Assembly (NCBI GenBank): GCA_964648865.1
Contig: CAZYLV010000001.1
Coordinates: 84,509 to 148,508 of the forward strand
Source of the DNA: an uncultured Gammaproteobacteria bacterium
GTDB lineage: Bacteria > Patescibacteriota > Patescibacteriia > 2-12-FULL-57-11
Reading direction: 5' to 3'
DNA length: 64,000 nucleotides
Shown here piece by piece: positions 38,249 to 48,268 of the stretch; the first letter of the stretch is position 1; each line of letters opens with the position of its first letter. A model generated the notes under the pieces. That model searched no databases and was not told the DNA's origin. It saw only the letters and a list, made by a program, of their open reading frames with translations. A program made the translations under genes and the position numbers.

Positions 38249-39469
38249 TTACGGGACCTCCCGGTCGCGGTCAAGGACGCGGGAAAGGAGAAAGGCGCCG
38301 AGCAGCACGCCCGGCATCGTGGTCCAGAGATAGTGGTCCAGGAGCAGGAGCGGCACGGAGGCCGCGGCGAGGGCGAGCGCCACGGGCGGGAGGCGTACGG
38401 GCCGCGGCACGAGGGCGAGCAGGAACGCCAGGCCGAGAAGAAGCCCCACGACACCGAGCTCCGTGAGGAGCACGGCCGGCACGGCGTGCGGCGGCTCGAG
38501 CAGCGAGGCGCGCTGCGCGATGAGCGCCGGCACGGTGTTGCCGACCCCGACCCCGACGAGCGGGGTGTCGCGCACCAGGAAGCGCGCCTGCTGGAGCGCC
38601 AACGCGCGCTCGTCGATGGAGCGGACCTCGAGCCGACCGACGCCGGTCAACCGCGCGCCGAGGTAGGGCGCGGTGAGCACGGCAAAGACGGCGACGACCA
38701 CGCCGACCGTGGCGAGCCGCGCAAGGAGTCGCGCCCGCTGCGCCGAGACGAGGAGCAGGACGGCCGCCCCGGCCGCGGCGGCGAGCCACGCGCTGCGCGA
38801 GAAGCTCGCCATGAGCCCCGCGGCGAGAAGCGGCACCAGCCCGGTGATGATGAGCCCAGCTCTCCCCTGCCGCCGGTCGCCGAACGAGAGCACCAGCGCC
38901 CCGGCAAGCATGCCGCCCAGGACGTTGGGATGCGGGAGGGTACCGTACGCGCGCAGCAGCCTACCGGCCACGCTCTCGATGACGGAAGAGGGGCCAGCCG
39001 CGGCCTGCGCGGCCACGCCAAGCGCCGTCGAGGCACCGACCTCGTGCGCGTAGAGCTGCCAGAGGCCGAGCGCCGCCTGGAGCGCGGCAGCGAGCAGGAA
39101 GGCATCGCGGACGCGCGTCCGCTCGGGCGTGCGCACGATGAGCAGGAAGAGCAGCGCCGCGGCGAGGATGCGGACCCCGGCCTGGAGCGCCACGTCCGGA
39201 ACGGGCGCCCAGAGCGCCGAAGCGAACATCCAGCACAGGAAGGCCAGAAGGAGCGCCGCCGCGCGCGCCGGCAGCGCCAGCGGCCGCGCACCCGCCAGGA
39301 GCGCCAGGGCGACGGCAAGGAACGTGAGGACCTCGAGCGCGAACAGCGATCGGGTCAGCGCCTCGACCTCCCCCACGGAAAAGATGAGCCGCGCGCCCCA
39401 CGGCAGCAGGAAGACGATGAGGGGCGCGCTCCAGGCGTCTGCCGCGCGGATGAGCGTCCGCAGGGTCAT
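38249..39469 (-). CDS. O-antigen ligase (Wzy_C) family membrane protein
   Basis: RAYGTLPHPNVLGG, SFSRSAW, PLVGVGVGN, PPHAVP; ATG overlaps the upstream stop. Confidence 0.88.
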   Translation of the reverse strand: MTLRTLIRAADAWSAPLIVFLLPWGARLIFSVGEVEALTRSLFALEVLTFLAVALALLAGARPLALPARAAALLLAFLCWMFASALWAPVPDVALQAGVRILAAALLFLLIVRTPERTRVRDAFLLAAALQAALGLWQLYAHEVGASTALGVAAQAAAGPSSVIESVAGRLLRAYGTLPHPNVLGGMLAGALVLSFGDRRQGRAGLIITGLVPLLAAGLMASFSRSAWLAAAAGAAVLLLVSAQRARLLARLATVGVVVAVFAVLTAPYLGARLTGVGRLEVRSIDERALALQQARFLVRDTPLVGVGVGNTVPALIAQRASLLEPPHAVPAVLLTELGVVGLLLGLAFLLALVPRPVRLPPVALALAAASVPLLLLDHYLWTTMPGVLLGAFLLSRVLDRDREVP

Positions 39470-40218
39470 AGGCCGAGCGGCGTGGCGTCGAGGACGACGA
39501 GGGTCCGCTCGCCGGGAGGCACCGCGTGCGGGACGAGCCGCAGCACGAACTTCCCGGAGAAAGCCTCGGGGAAACGGCGGACGAGCAGGTGGCGGATCGC
39601 GGGCGGCGTCAGGCGCCGCGGCACGAGCCCCCCGCCCATGAAATTGCGCTGCTCCCCGGAGACATGCAGGCCGACGTCGCCGATCAGGCGGAGCAGGTCC
39701 GCGCGGCGCAGGAAACGCACGTGGCCGTACTCCCAGGGCAAGGCGCCGTACCTGCGGTGCGACCAGTGGACGATGCCGCGCCCGGCGAGCATCTCCAGGC
39801 GGTTGCGGAGGTCGAAGTGGTTGGGATACGCGAGCAGCAGGCAACCTTGCGTGCGAAGGGCGCGCCGCGCCTCGCGGAGCACGGCGGCATGGTCCACGGT
39901 GTGCTCGAGGACGTCGAGGAGCAAGACGACGTCGAAGGACGCCGCGTCGACCGGCCACGGCCGCTCGGCGTCGCCGGCGACGGCCTCGATGCCGGCGGCA
40001 CGGGCGGCGGCGAGCGCCGTGGGGTTGGCGTCCAATCCGACGACGGCATGGCCGCCGGCCAGGAAGACGCGGCTCAGCCGACCGTCACCGCAGCCGACGT
40101 CGAGGATGCGCAGGCGCTCGCCCGGCGGGAAGAGGGCGGCGACTTTGACCGCGCCGGAATCGTGGCCGTAGGTGCGCGTCCGCTCATGCAAGCGGGCGCT
40201 CGGGGACGTCCAATCCAT
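39466..40218 (-). CDS. class I SAM-dependent methyltransferase
   Basis: ILDVGCGDG, FDVVLLLDVLEH, YPN. Confidence 0.9.
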   Translation of the reverse strand: MDWTSPSARLHERTRTYGHDSGAVKVAALFPPGERLRILDVGCGDGRLSRVFLAGGHAVVGLDANPTALAAARAAGIEAVAGDAERPWPVDAASFDVVLLLDVLEHTVDHAAVLREARRALRTQGCLLLAYPNHFDLRNRLEMLAGRGIVHWSHRRYGALPWEYGHVRFLRRADLLRLIGDVGLHVSGEQRNFMGGGLVPRRLTPPAIRHLLVRRFPEAFSGKFVLRLVPHAVPPGERTLVVLDATPLGL

Positions 40219-41146
40219 AGCGTCGCAAGCGATGGTACCACGCCTGGGCCATCTCCTCGCGGTTGTCGCGCTCGTGGAACTTGAGCACGTCGTCGGAGAT
40301 GACCACGTCCGTGCCGCCGCGACGGCTGCGGCTCCCGGTGTTGGCGGAGAAGCGGCGCATCTGGAGTGCGCGCAACCGGTCCTCGAGGGCATCGCCCAGC
40401 CGGCCGGCCAGCAGGCGCTCGAGGGCGTCCCGCACGGGACGCGTCAGCGGCCACGGGCGGAGATCCTCCGTGGACCGGCGCAACGCGGCGTTGGGCAACG
40501 GCGCGAGCAACGCGGCGTTGGCCTCCCAGAACCGGCCGAAGATGCCGTCGCGCCCGAAGAGCACGTGCGCGTTGGCGCACCAGAACCGCAGCAGCGGGTC
40601 GTCCGGCTTCTTGGTGAGGGGCATGAGGTCGAGCGCGCGGTCGCTGACGGTGAAGGACAGGCACAGGCGATCGGCGACGAAGCGGCCGTGCCGGCGCACG
40701 CCGAAGAGCTGGGTCAGCGCGACGGTCAGGAAGCGCACCGTGAACATGCGGCCGCCGCGGGAGATGAGCAGCAGATCGATGTCCGAGTCGCGGCGGCTGG
40801 CGCCGATGGGGAGCGTGTTGACCGCCGCCGCGCCCAGCAGGAAGGGCACGCATTGCAGCAGCCGCGTCCCGCGCCGCAGGCGGCGCCACTTGCGCAGGGC
40901 ATCGGCCTCGCGCAGCAGGCGCTCGGCGGGCGGCGCGGCGTCGGGCAGGTACCAGTAACCGTCCTGCGCCCGGAGCCGTCCGGCGGCGACGAGCGTGGGA
41001 AGAGCCGCCTCGACGTCGGCGAGGGAGGGCGGCGCATCGGCGGAATCCCAAAACAGGTTCCGCCAGGCCTCGAGGGCCGTCAGCGGAACCTGGAACAACG
41101 AAAAGTAGGAGAGGGTGGCGAGCGTGGCGCGCTCGACCGGCGTCAT
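40184..41146 (-). CDS. nucleotidyltransferase-like protein
   Basis: SDIDLLLI motif, DRLCLSF; glycosylation-type neighbourhood. Confidence 0.7.
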   Translation of the reverse strand: MTPVERATLATLSYFSLFQVPLTALEAWRNLFWDSADAPPSLADVEAALPTLVAAGRLRAQDGYWYLPDAAPPAERLLREADALRKWRRLRRGTRLLQCVPFLLGAAAVNTLPIGASRRDSDIDLLLISRGGRMFTVRFLTVALTQLFGVRRHGRFVADRLCLSFTVSDRALDLMPLTKKPDDPLLRFWCANAHVLFGRDGIFGRFWEANAALLAPLPNAALRRSTEDLRPWPLTRPVRDALERLLAGRLGDALEDRLRALQMRRFSANTGSRSRRGGTDVVISDDVLKFHERDNREEMAQAWYHRLRRYGLDVPERPLA

Positions 41147-41147
41147 A

Positions 41148-41936
41148 TCAGGCGGCCGGACCGACAGGCGCCTGGGCGGATGGCGGGGACGGCGGCGTCG
41201 GCAGGGAGGGCGTCTTCGGCTCCTTCTGGAAGAACAGCCACTGCTGGCCGACCGTCAGCAGGTTCATGGTCAGCCAGTAGAGCGCGAGTCCACCCGGGAA
41301 CTGCAGGCCGATGATGAAGGTCAGGATCGGCATCAGGAAGGTCATCTGCCGGTTCATGGCGGCCAACGTGTCCTCGTCCTTGGAGCCGGGAAGCTTGGCG
41401 GCGGGCTTGGGCTGCGGCGAGAGCATCAGCGTCTGCCAGAGCTGGGTGAGGCCCGCGAGCAGGGCCAGCGGCCAGGAGCGCGCGGCCAGGTCGATGACGC
41501 CGAGGAACGTGGCGTCGATGCTGCCCGGATTGGCGACGAAGGGGTAGAGCATGTCGAAACCGCCGTTGGTCAACCCGGTCTGCAACGCCCGATAGAGCGC
41601 GATGAGGAACGGCAGCTGGATCAGCAACGGCAGGCACGAAGAGAAGGGACTGACCTTCTCCGAGGCGTAGAGCTCCATCGTGGCGCGGGCCTGCTTCTCC
41701 TTGTCGTCCTTGTACTGTTCCTGGATGGCCTTGAGCTTGGGCTGGAGCGCGGTGAGCGCACGCTGGCTCTTGAGCGACTGCAGCGAGAACGGGAAGAGGA
41801 CGATCTTGAGGATGACCGTGATCAGGATGATGGCGATGCCGATGTCCTGCCCGGGGACGACGTCGTAGAGCCAGACGAGCAGGTTGAAGATCGGCTGGTA
41901 GAAGACGGCGTTGAAGAGCTGTACGACGATGGCCAT
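41148..41936 (-). CDS. yidC: YidC/Oxa1 membrane protein insertase
   Basis: LQPKLKAIQEQYK, SCLPLLIQLP, GLALYW. Confidence 0.93.
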   Translation of the reverse strand: MAIVVQLFNAVFYQPIFNLLVWLYDVVPGQDIGIAIILITVILKIVLFPFSLQSLKSQRALTALQPKLKAIQEQYKDDKEKQARATMELYASEKVSPFSSCLPLLIQLPFLIALYRALQTGLTNGGFDMLYPFVANPGSIDATFLGVIDLAARSWPLALLAGLTQLWQTLMLSPQPKPAAKLPGSKDEDTLAAMNRQMTFLMPILTFIIGLQFPGGLALYWLTMNLLTVGQQWLFFQKEPKTPSLPTPPSPPSAQAPVGPAA

Positions 41937-41942
41937 AGGCGG

Positions 41943-43280
41943 TTATTCAGCGGCGGCATCCTCGGTCGCGGGCTCCTGCGGGGTCTCCGCCGGGACGTCC
42001 GCGGACACGGCGGACCCCGAAGCGGCCGCATCCTCCGCGGGCGCTTCGGCGGGCGTCTCGGCCGGGGCCTCGCCTTCCGCCGGCGCGCCCTCGGCTTCGA
42101 CCACGTTGATCTTCCAACCGGTGAGCCGGGCGGCGAGCCGCACGTTCTGCCCGCCGCGGCCGATGGCAAGCGAGAGCTGCTCGCGGACCACGAGCACGCG
42201 CGCCGTCTTGGTCTCCTCGTCGAGCTCGACGCCGGCGACCTGCGCGGGGGAGAGCGCGTTGCGGATGAAGACGGCCGGATCGGCGTGCCACTCGATGATG
42301 TCGACCTTCTCCCCGCCCATCTCGGCGATGACCGTCTGGATGCGGGCGCCGCGCTGACCGATGCACGAACCGATGGGATCGACGTTCTCCTGCGTCGAGG
42401 AGACGGCCACCTTGGTGCGGCTGCCGGGCTCGCGGGCGATGGCGTGGATGAGCACCGCGCCGGAGGCGACCTCGGGGATCTCGAGCGCGAAGAGCTTGCG
42501 CACCATCTCCGGATGGGTGCGGGTCAGGCGGATCTCCGGACCCTTGCTCGTCATGGCCACGGCATTGACGAACACCTTGACCCGGTCGCCGGGCGTGTAA
42601 CGCTCGGTCGGCATCTGGTCCTCGGGCAGCATCACGCCGGTGACGCGGCCCAGGTCCACGAGGACCACGCGGCCCTCGCGGCGCTGGACGACGCCCACCA
42701 GCATCTCCCCTTCCTTGCCCTTGAACTCCTCGAACAGCTTGAAGCGCTCGGCCTCGCGCAGCCGCTGGGTGATGACCTGCTTGGCGGTCTGCGCGGCCAT
42801 GCGGCCGTAGGCGGCGGGGATCTCCAGCTCGATGCGCAGCGTCTCGCCGATCTCGGCGTCCGGCTTGATGGCCCGGGCCTCGGTCAGCGAGAGGTGGAGC
42901 TTGGGGTTGTACTTCTCTTCCTCGGTAGGCTCGCCGGAAGCGACGATCTCGCCGGGGGCGACGCGCGGGATCTCCGGCTCCACGGGCTCCGGCGGCAGCT
43001 CGATGCCGGCCTCGGCCGCGGCGGCCGCGGCGGCGGCCTTCTCCTCCATCTCCTTGATGGCCTGGGCGACGAACTCGTCGGAGACGACGGTCTTCACGTC
43101 GAAGACGCGCGAGCCGCCGGTCTCCGCCTCGAACTCGACCTTGATGTTCTGGTTCTTGTTGCCGAAATCCTTGCGGTAGGCGGCGGCGAGCGCGGCCTCG
43201 ATGGTCTCGATGACGGCATCGTAGGAGATGCCTTTCTCATCGCAGATCTGCTGGATGGCTTGGACGATGGGAGACGACAT
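41943..43280 (-). CDS. nusA: transcription termination/antitermination factor NusA
   Basis: GRMAAQTAKQVI, AREPGSRTK, LAIGRGGQNVRLAARLTGWKI. Confidence 0.97.
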   Translation of the reverse strand: MSSPIVQAIQQICDEKGISYDAVIETIEAALAAAYRKDFGNKNQNIKVEFEAETGGSRVFDVKTVVSDEFVAQAIKEMEEKAAAAAAAAEAGIELPPEPVEPEIPRVAPGEIVASGEPTEEEKYNPKLHLSLTEARAIKPDAEIGETLRIELEIPAAYGRMAAQTAKQVITQRLREAERFKLFEEFKGKEGEMLVGVVQRREGRVVLVDLGRVTGVMLPEDQMPTERYTPGDRVKVFVNAVAMTSKGPEIRLTRTHPEMVRKLFALEIPEVASGAVLIHAIAREPGSRTKVAVSSTQENVDPIGSCIGQRGARIQTVIAEMGGEKVDIIEWHADPAVFIRNALSPAQVAGVELDEETKTARVLVVREQLSLAIGRGGQNVRLAARLTGWKINVVEAEGAPAEGEAPAETPAEAPAEDAAASGSAVSADVPAETPQEPATEDAAAE

Positions 43281-43360
43281 GATGGTTCTCTTCAAGAAAA
43301 CGACCCGCGCCGTAAGGCCCAGGTCAGATGCGTATAGGATACCAACCGTCGCTCTTGTCG

Positions 43361-43675
43361 TCAAGAGGTCGCTCCTCGACGCTCGAGACGCTCATAGCTG
43401 CCGCGAAGCGCAGCGATTTCGCTCTCGTGGCGGTTCGCGAGGACCAAAAAATCATCCATCCGGTTGAACGTCCGCTCGTGCCGATGTTCCAGTGTCGTCA
43501 GCCGGCCCTCGATCCCGTCCAAGCGGTGGTCGTTATCGACCAGACGGATCTCGATCCTGTCCAGGCGCTTTTCCACGCCATCGAACCGGTTGTCGACCGC
43601 CGCGAATCCGCCCGCGACCACTAGCGCAAAATCATCGAACTTCTTGTCCAGATACCGCTTCGTCTCCGTATCCAT
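43361..43675 (-). CDS. small coiled-coil hypothetical protein
   Basis: Heptad repeats RFDGVEK/RLDRIEI/RLDGIEG; TACCAT-N8-ATG. Confidence 0.75.
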   Translation of the reverse strand: MDTETKRYLDKKFDDFALVVAGGFAAVDNRFDGVEKRLDRIEIRLVDNDHRLDGIEGRLTTLEHRHERTFNRMDDFLVLANRHESEIAALRGSYERLERRGATS

Positions 43676-43753
43676 ACGTCCCTATGGTACACGAGCCGTC
43701 GACACCAAGACGACCTGCGGTGTCTTGTCAATCCCACCACCTGTGGATGACCG

Positions 43754-44242
43754 CTACGGATACCGCCTGCGGTCCAACAGGTAATCGGAGATGTACTCCT
43801 TCCACCGCGCGCGCTGGTCCCTTGTCAGGTCCTTATAGCACCCGAGCTTTCCGGTGCAGCTCGGCGCGCCGCAGGCACAGCGACGGTCCTTTGCGGAGAG
43901 TTCGTCCCCGTAGCCGTACCCCAAGAACCCGTAATGCGTGACCACCTCCTCACCAGGCGCGATGTCCCGCATTGCCACGAACCACGTACGGTAACGGATG
44001 CCGACGTTCGGCTCGCACGAGTGGCAGATGTACTGGCAGAGATTGCCCTTCGGCAAGCGGGGTTCGATCTTCAGTTCGTGGTCGACGGGAATCGTATATG
44101 CGGTCGCCTCACCGACAAGCGGACCGAAGGCGACGAACACGAGGTCACCCTTCTTGAAGGCGCGCCTGGCGAAGAGACTTTTCCCATAGGGAGGCCGATG
44201 CTTGGCGATGACGTTATCCTCGATCCGATAACGCCTAGGCAT
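43754..44242 (-). CDS. SET-domain protein (methyltransferase) with post-SET Cys motif
   Basis: ICHSCEPN, AMRDIAPGEEVVTHY, CACGAPSCTG. Confidence 0.9.
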   Translation of the reverse strand: MPRRYRIEDNVIAKHRPPYGKSLFARRAFKKGDLVFVAFGPLVGEATAYTIPVDHELKIEPRLPKGNLCQYICHSCEPNVGIRYRTWFVAMRDIAPGEEVVTHYGFLGYGYGDELSAKDRRCACGAPSCTGKLGCYKDLTRDQRARWKEYISDYLLDRRRYP

Positions 44243-44981
44243 CCCAGCGGAACGTCTCAATATCGATGCGGGAGAAATCATAGAGCTTCTTCGCCACGAG
44301 GTCGTAGTAATGGTTCTGGTACACGTTGCGCGGATTCCGATACCCCAAGAAGTCCTTTTGGAACAGGTAGGTTTCCGTTCGCAACGGCCCCCCGGGATAG
44401 CACAACAGCACCCAATCTTGGCGATGCTGGATGAATTCGTTGGGGAAGGAAGCCTTCCCCTTGGCGATGAGGTAAAAGAGGACGCTCTCTTCCAGGATGA
44501 ACTGCTGATGTTGCCGCAAGGGACGTTCCGCGACCGCCATGGCATCCGCCCGCACGAACGCGCGCAGCCGCGCATCGCTCTTCATCAGTTCCCGCGCCCT
44601 CTGCATGGCCAACGGGTACTCCCGGGTCTGAAGCAAGAGTTCCCCCCACGTCATGAAGGAGAACGCCTTCCGCACGTACAAGGCGCTTTTCTCCACTGCC
44701 CGCTCGATGCCGAACTTGTGCGCGAACATCTGTCCGAGATACCGCTCACGCGCTTTCGCCGGCGGATCCTTCTCGGTGAGCATGTAGAGGTAATCGGCGT
44801 ACAGCGTCGTCAAGCCGACACCCTCCGTCCTCTTGATCTTATGGTACAGGGGTTCGAGGTGCCTCATGCAGGCTGCCGGACTCTGGGAGTTCCCGATGCG
44901 GGACATCGAGATGCCGAAGACCAGCATGCCGTGCTCTGACGGAAACTGGTTGATGTCGTAGAACTCGTTGCGTTTGAGCAT
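44235..44981 (-). CDS. putative tRNA-dependent cyclodipeptide synthase (CDPS)-like protein
   Basis: 248 aa; HGMLVFGIS, FILEES and LCYPG in the order of the CDPS catalytic motifs. Confidence 0.55.
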   Translation of the reverse strand: MLKRNEFYDINQFPSEHGMLVFGISMSRIGNSQSPAACMRHLEPLYHKIKRTEGVGLTTLYADYLYMLTEKDPPAKARERYLGQMFAHKFGIERAVEKSALYVRKAFSFMTWGELLLQTREYPLAMQRARELMKSDARLRAFVRADAMAVAERPLRQHQQFILEESVLFYLIAKGKASFPNEFIQHRQDWVLLCYPGGPLRTETYLFQKDFLGYRNPRNVYQNHYYDLVAKKLYDFSRIDIETFRWDA

Positions 44982-44986
44982 ATGTC

Positions 44987-46414
44987 CTAGGTGGCCCACG
45001 GATCCCGCTGCCAGACGGTGCCGCCCGGCGTGTTGCGCACCTCGATCCCCCGCTTCTGCAGGTCGGCGCGCAGTGCATCGGCCGCGGCAAAATCCTTGGC
45101 GGCCCGCGCCGCCTCCAGCTGCTCCAATAGCGCCGATTCCTCGGCCGAGAGCGGACGCTTAGCAGCGGCGCGCCACAGCGGCAGCCCGGCATCAATGACG
45201 CCGAATACTTGATCGGCCTCCGACAGAATCTGCCGCAGCACTCCTGCGTCGCCGCGCGAGAGCCCCGGACGCTCGGCGTGCTTCACGACATCAAATACCG
45301 CCGCGGCTGCGGCCGGCGTGTTGAGGTCATCATCCATGGCCGCGACGATGGCGGCACGCGCCGAGACGGCGATCTTCGCCGTCTCGGCATCATCGACCGC
45401 ATCGCTCCTGGCCTCGAGCGCCTCGAGTCGATCAGCCGCGGCGAGCAACCGCGCCAGCGCGCTCTTGGCCGCGGGCATGGAATCGTCCGTGAAGCTAAGC
45501 GGGCTGCGGTAGTGCGAACTCACGATGAGCCAACGGAAGGCCAGCGCCTCGAGATCGCTCTTGGCGACGTCAGCGAGGGTCAGGACGTTACCCACGCGCT
45601 TGGCCATCTTCTCCCCGCTCATCGTGAGGAAGCCGCGGTGGAACCAATACTTCACGAAGGGATGCTTGCCGGTGACGCCCTCGGCCTGCGCGATCTCGTT
45701 GGTGTGGTGCGGGAAGACCAGGTCGGCGGCGCCGGTATGGATGTCGATCCGGTCGCCGAGATGCCGCCGGATCATGGCCGAGCACTCGATGTGCCAACCC
45801 GGCCGCCCCTTCCCGAGCGGCGTCTCCCAATACACCGGACCGTCCTCCTCCTTCCAGCACTTCCAGAGCACGAAGTCCTCGACCGCGTCCTTGTCGTAGT
45901 CGTCGCTGTCGATGCGGTGCTTGACCGGCGCCTTCTTGCGCTTGGCGAGGCCGGCGAGCGCGCCGTAGCCCGGGAACTTCGCGATGGCGAAATACACGGA
46001 CCCGTCCTTCTCGTACGCCAAGCCCTTCTCGAGCAGCACCTGGATGTCCGCGACCATGGCCTCGATGTTCTTGGTGGCATGCACGATGGTCGGGAGCACG
46101 ACGTTCAGCCGCCGCAGGTCCTCGCGGAAGAGCGCTTCGTACGTGGCCGTGAACTCGGCAAGAGGCAATCCGGCCTCGGCAGCGCCGCGGATGGTCTTGT
46201 CGTCCACGTCGGTGATGTTCATGACGTGGTCGACGGCGAAGCCGGACGCCGTGAGCCAGCGCTTGAGCACGTCGGCCGCCAGGAAGGACGAGAGGTTGCC
46301 GATGTGGGCGACGTTATAGACCGTCGGGCCGCAGGTGTACATCGTCACGCGCTCGCCGAGCTGACGGAAGTCCTCCTTGGTGCCGGAGGCGGTGTTGAAG
46401 AGACGGAGCGGCAT
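44987..46414 (-). CDS. cysS: cysteine--tRNA ligase
   Basis: MYTCGPTVY, HIGN, GRPGWHIECS, PHHTNE, KMAKR. Confidence 0.97.
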   Translation of the reverse strand: MPLRLFNTASGTKEDFRQLGERVTMYTCGPTVYNVAHIGNLSSFLAADVLKRWLTASGFAVDHVMNITDVDDKTIRGAAEAGLPLAEFTATYEALFREDLRRLNVVLPTIVHATKNIEAMVADIQVLLEKGLAYEKDGSVYFAIAKFPGYGALAGLAKRKKAPVKHRIDSDDYDKDAVEDFVLWKCWKEEDGPVYWETPLGKGRPGWHIECSAMIRRHLGDRIDIHTGAADLVFPHHTNEIAQAEGVTGKHPFVKYWFHRGFLTMSGEKMAKRVGNVLTLADVAKSDLEALAFRWLIVSSHYRSPLSFTDDSMPAAKSALARLLAAADRLEALEARSDAVDDAETAKIAVSARAAIVAAMDDDLNTPAAAAAVFDVVKHAERPGLSRGDAGVLRQILSEADQVFGVIDAGLPLWRAAAKRPLSAEESALLEQLEAARAAKDFAAADALRADLQKRGIEVRNTPGGTVWQRDPWAT

Positions 46415-46477
46415 AGAAAAGCGCCTCCAGCGTAGCCGAGGCACCGGGCGTTGACAATGCGCGGCCGGGATGGTCAG

Positions 46478-46843
46478 GTGGCCGCGGAGGTCCTTTTGCA
46501 CGAACCGTTCTATTTCACCGGGGCCTACGTCCTCGGCATGCTCGCGGCCATCAGCTACAAGGTGCTCGTCCCGGCCCTCAAGCACCGCATGCGCCAGGAG
46601 TTCCAGCTGCGGCTCCTGGTCATCCCCTCGGTCGTGGGGGTGATGCTGGCCCTGCCGCTGGTCTTCATGGCGCTGCCGGCGCTGGGGCCGCCGCGCGGCG
46701 TCTTCGTCTCGGACTTCGCCTACGCCTTCTTCACGGCGTACACGGTCCTCGACGTGGTCTCCGACCTGTTCCGGCTGCAGGAAGAGTGGAAGCGCTACAT
46801 CGAACGCAAGACGGGCAAGCCGCCCGTCGATCCCACCGGGTGA
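46478..46843 (+). CDS. small membrane protein
   Basis: Three hydrophobic segments with strong GC3 bias; start uncertain. Confidence 0.65.
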   Translation: MAAEVLLHEPFYFTGAYVLGMLAAISYKVLVPALKHRMRQEFQLRLLVIPSVVGVMLALPLVFMALPALGPPRGVFVSDFAYAFFTAYTVLDVVSDLFRLQEEWKRYIERKTGKPPVDPTG

Positions 46844-46863
46844 CCCCACCCGTTTTTTTGTCG

Positions 46864-47235
46864 TCAGCCGAACCCCTCGCCGACGTCCTCCAGATGCCGG
46901 ATCGCCGGGCGACCGTCGGCGCCGGGCGTGATGGCGATGACGTCGATCTGCCGATCGAGGTGCTGCCAGCCGCGGCCCTCCAGGAACCGCTCGGCCACGG
47001 CGGCGATCTTGCGGAGCTTCGTCGCGGTCACGGCTTCCTCCGGCGGACCGAAGTCGGCGGACGTCCTGGTCTTCACTTCGACGAAGCGCACGCCGTGGCC
47101 GTCACGGACGATGAGGTCCACCTCGCCGTGGCGCGTACGCCAGCCGCGGGCCAGCACGGCGAACCCTTTGGCGGCCAAAAAGCGCGCCGCCAGGTCCTCG
47201 CCGGAGGAACCGAGGGAGCGGCGCGCGTCGGTCAT
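46864..47235 (-). CDS. yraN: YraN/UPF0102 family nuclease-fold protein
   Basis: LGSSGEDLA, GEVDLI, FVEVKTR, IDVIAI. Confidence 0.92.
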   Translation of the reverse strand: MTDARRSLGSSGEDLAARFLAAKGFAVLARGWRTRHGEVDLIVRDGHGVRFVEVKTRTSADFGPPEEAVTATKLRKIAAVAERFLEGRGWQHLDRQIDVIAITPGADGRPAIRHLEDVGEGFG

Positions 47236-47239
47236 GGGA

Positions 47240-47659
47240 TCAGGATTTGGCCTTCGGCAGGTAGCGCGCCAGGCGCTCGCGGTCGGCCAGGTCCTCCTTG
47301 AGCTGCGGCACCTCCTGCAGCAGGGTGCGCACGGCCAGCGCTTCCGCGACGACGAACCCGACGGCGATGCACAGGAACCAGAACCGCGCCGAGAGCACCG
47401 CCACCTGCTGGTAGGCGAAGAAGGTGAAACACAGCCCGAGCGCGCCGGCGACGATGGCGGGGCGACCGACGCCGGCCCAGGCCTTGCGCTCGAACTTGGG
47501 CAGCGCCGTGCCGCGGGCGACGAGGCGGGGCAGCAGGACGCCGGCGACGGCCAGCGCCAGGAAGGCGGCGGCCATGAGCCAGGCCGTGCCGGGCTGCAGG
47601 GGGTTCCAGCGGATGGAAAACCAGAAATCGGGCGAGAGCAACAGGCGCAGGTCGAACAT
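47240..47659 (-). CDS. membrane protein of unknown function
   Basis: Three TM helices; LSARFW..RYLPK. Confidence 0.75.
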   Translation of the reverse strand: MFDLRLLLSPDFWFSIRWNPLQPGTAWLMAAAFLALAVAGVLLPRLVARGTALPKFERKAWAGVGRPAIVAGALGLCFTFFAYQQVAVLSARFWFLCIAVGFVVAEALAVRTLLQEVPQLKEDLADRERLARYLPKAKS

Positions 47660-47725
47660 AGGCAGCCGAAAGTGTGCAAAAAAACGCGGCACCTCGTCAA
47701 GGAGGTGCCGCGCCGCGGATGACGG

Positions 47726-48268
47726 CTACTTCTTGAACAGCAGGCCGTAGTGGTACTGCCCCGCCTGGAATTCCTTGACGAGCGTCAGCTTGAGGTCGGC
47801 GGCCATCCGCTTCACCTGTTCGGGATCGATGCGCTCCTTGCTGGCCGGACCGAACGGCGTGGCCGTGATCACCCAGTCCGCGACCACCAGCAGGCCGCCG
47901 GGTTTGAGGAGCCGCACCGATTCGCGCATCATCGCCGCGTTGGGACGGTTGTTGATGAGGGTCGCCACGTCGAGCGAGGCCTCGGGGATCTTGGTGGCGC
48001 CGTAGACCTCGAGGTCGGTCCAGACCGTCTCGACGTTGGTCAGCCCTTCGAGCTTGGCGCGGCTCTCGACGCCGGAGAGCGCGCTCTTGAGGATGTCGGC
48101 GCCGTAGGCGATGCCGTTCTTGCCGACCATGTGCGCCATCGGGAAGACGAAGTGCCCGAGCGCCCCGCACCCCAGGTCCGCGACGTGCATGCCCTCGCGC
48201 ACGCCGGCCTCGCCCAGGATGGTGACCGGGTTGAGGAGCTCGCTGCCCGTGGGGATGTAGATGCTCAT
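47726..48268 (-). CDS. class I SAM-dependent methyltransferase
   Basis: VADLGCGALG, LLKPGG, VADW..TPFGP. Confidence 0.88.
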   Translation of the reverse strand: MSIYIPTGSELLNPVTILGEAGVREGMHVADLGCGALGHFVFPMAHMVGKNGIAYGADILKSALSGVESRAKLEGLTNVETVWTDLEVYGATKIPEASLDVATLINNRPNAAMMRESVRLLKPGGLLVVADWVITATPFGPASKERIDPEQVKRMAADLKLTLVKEFQAGQYHYGLLFKK

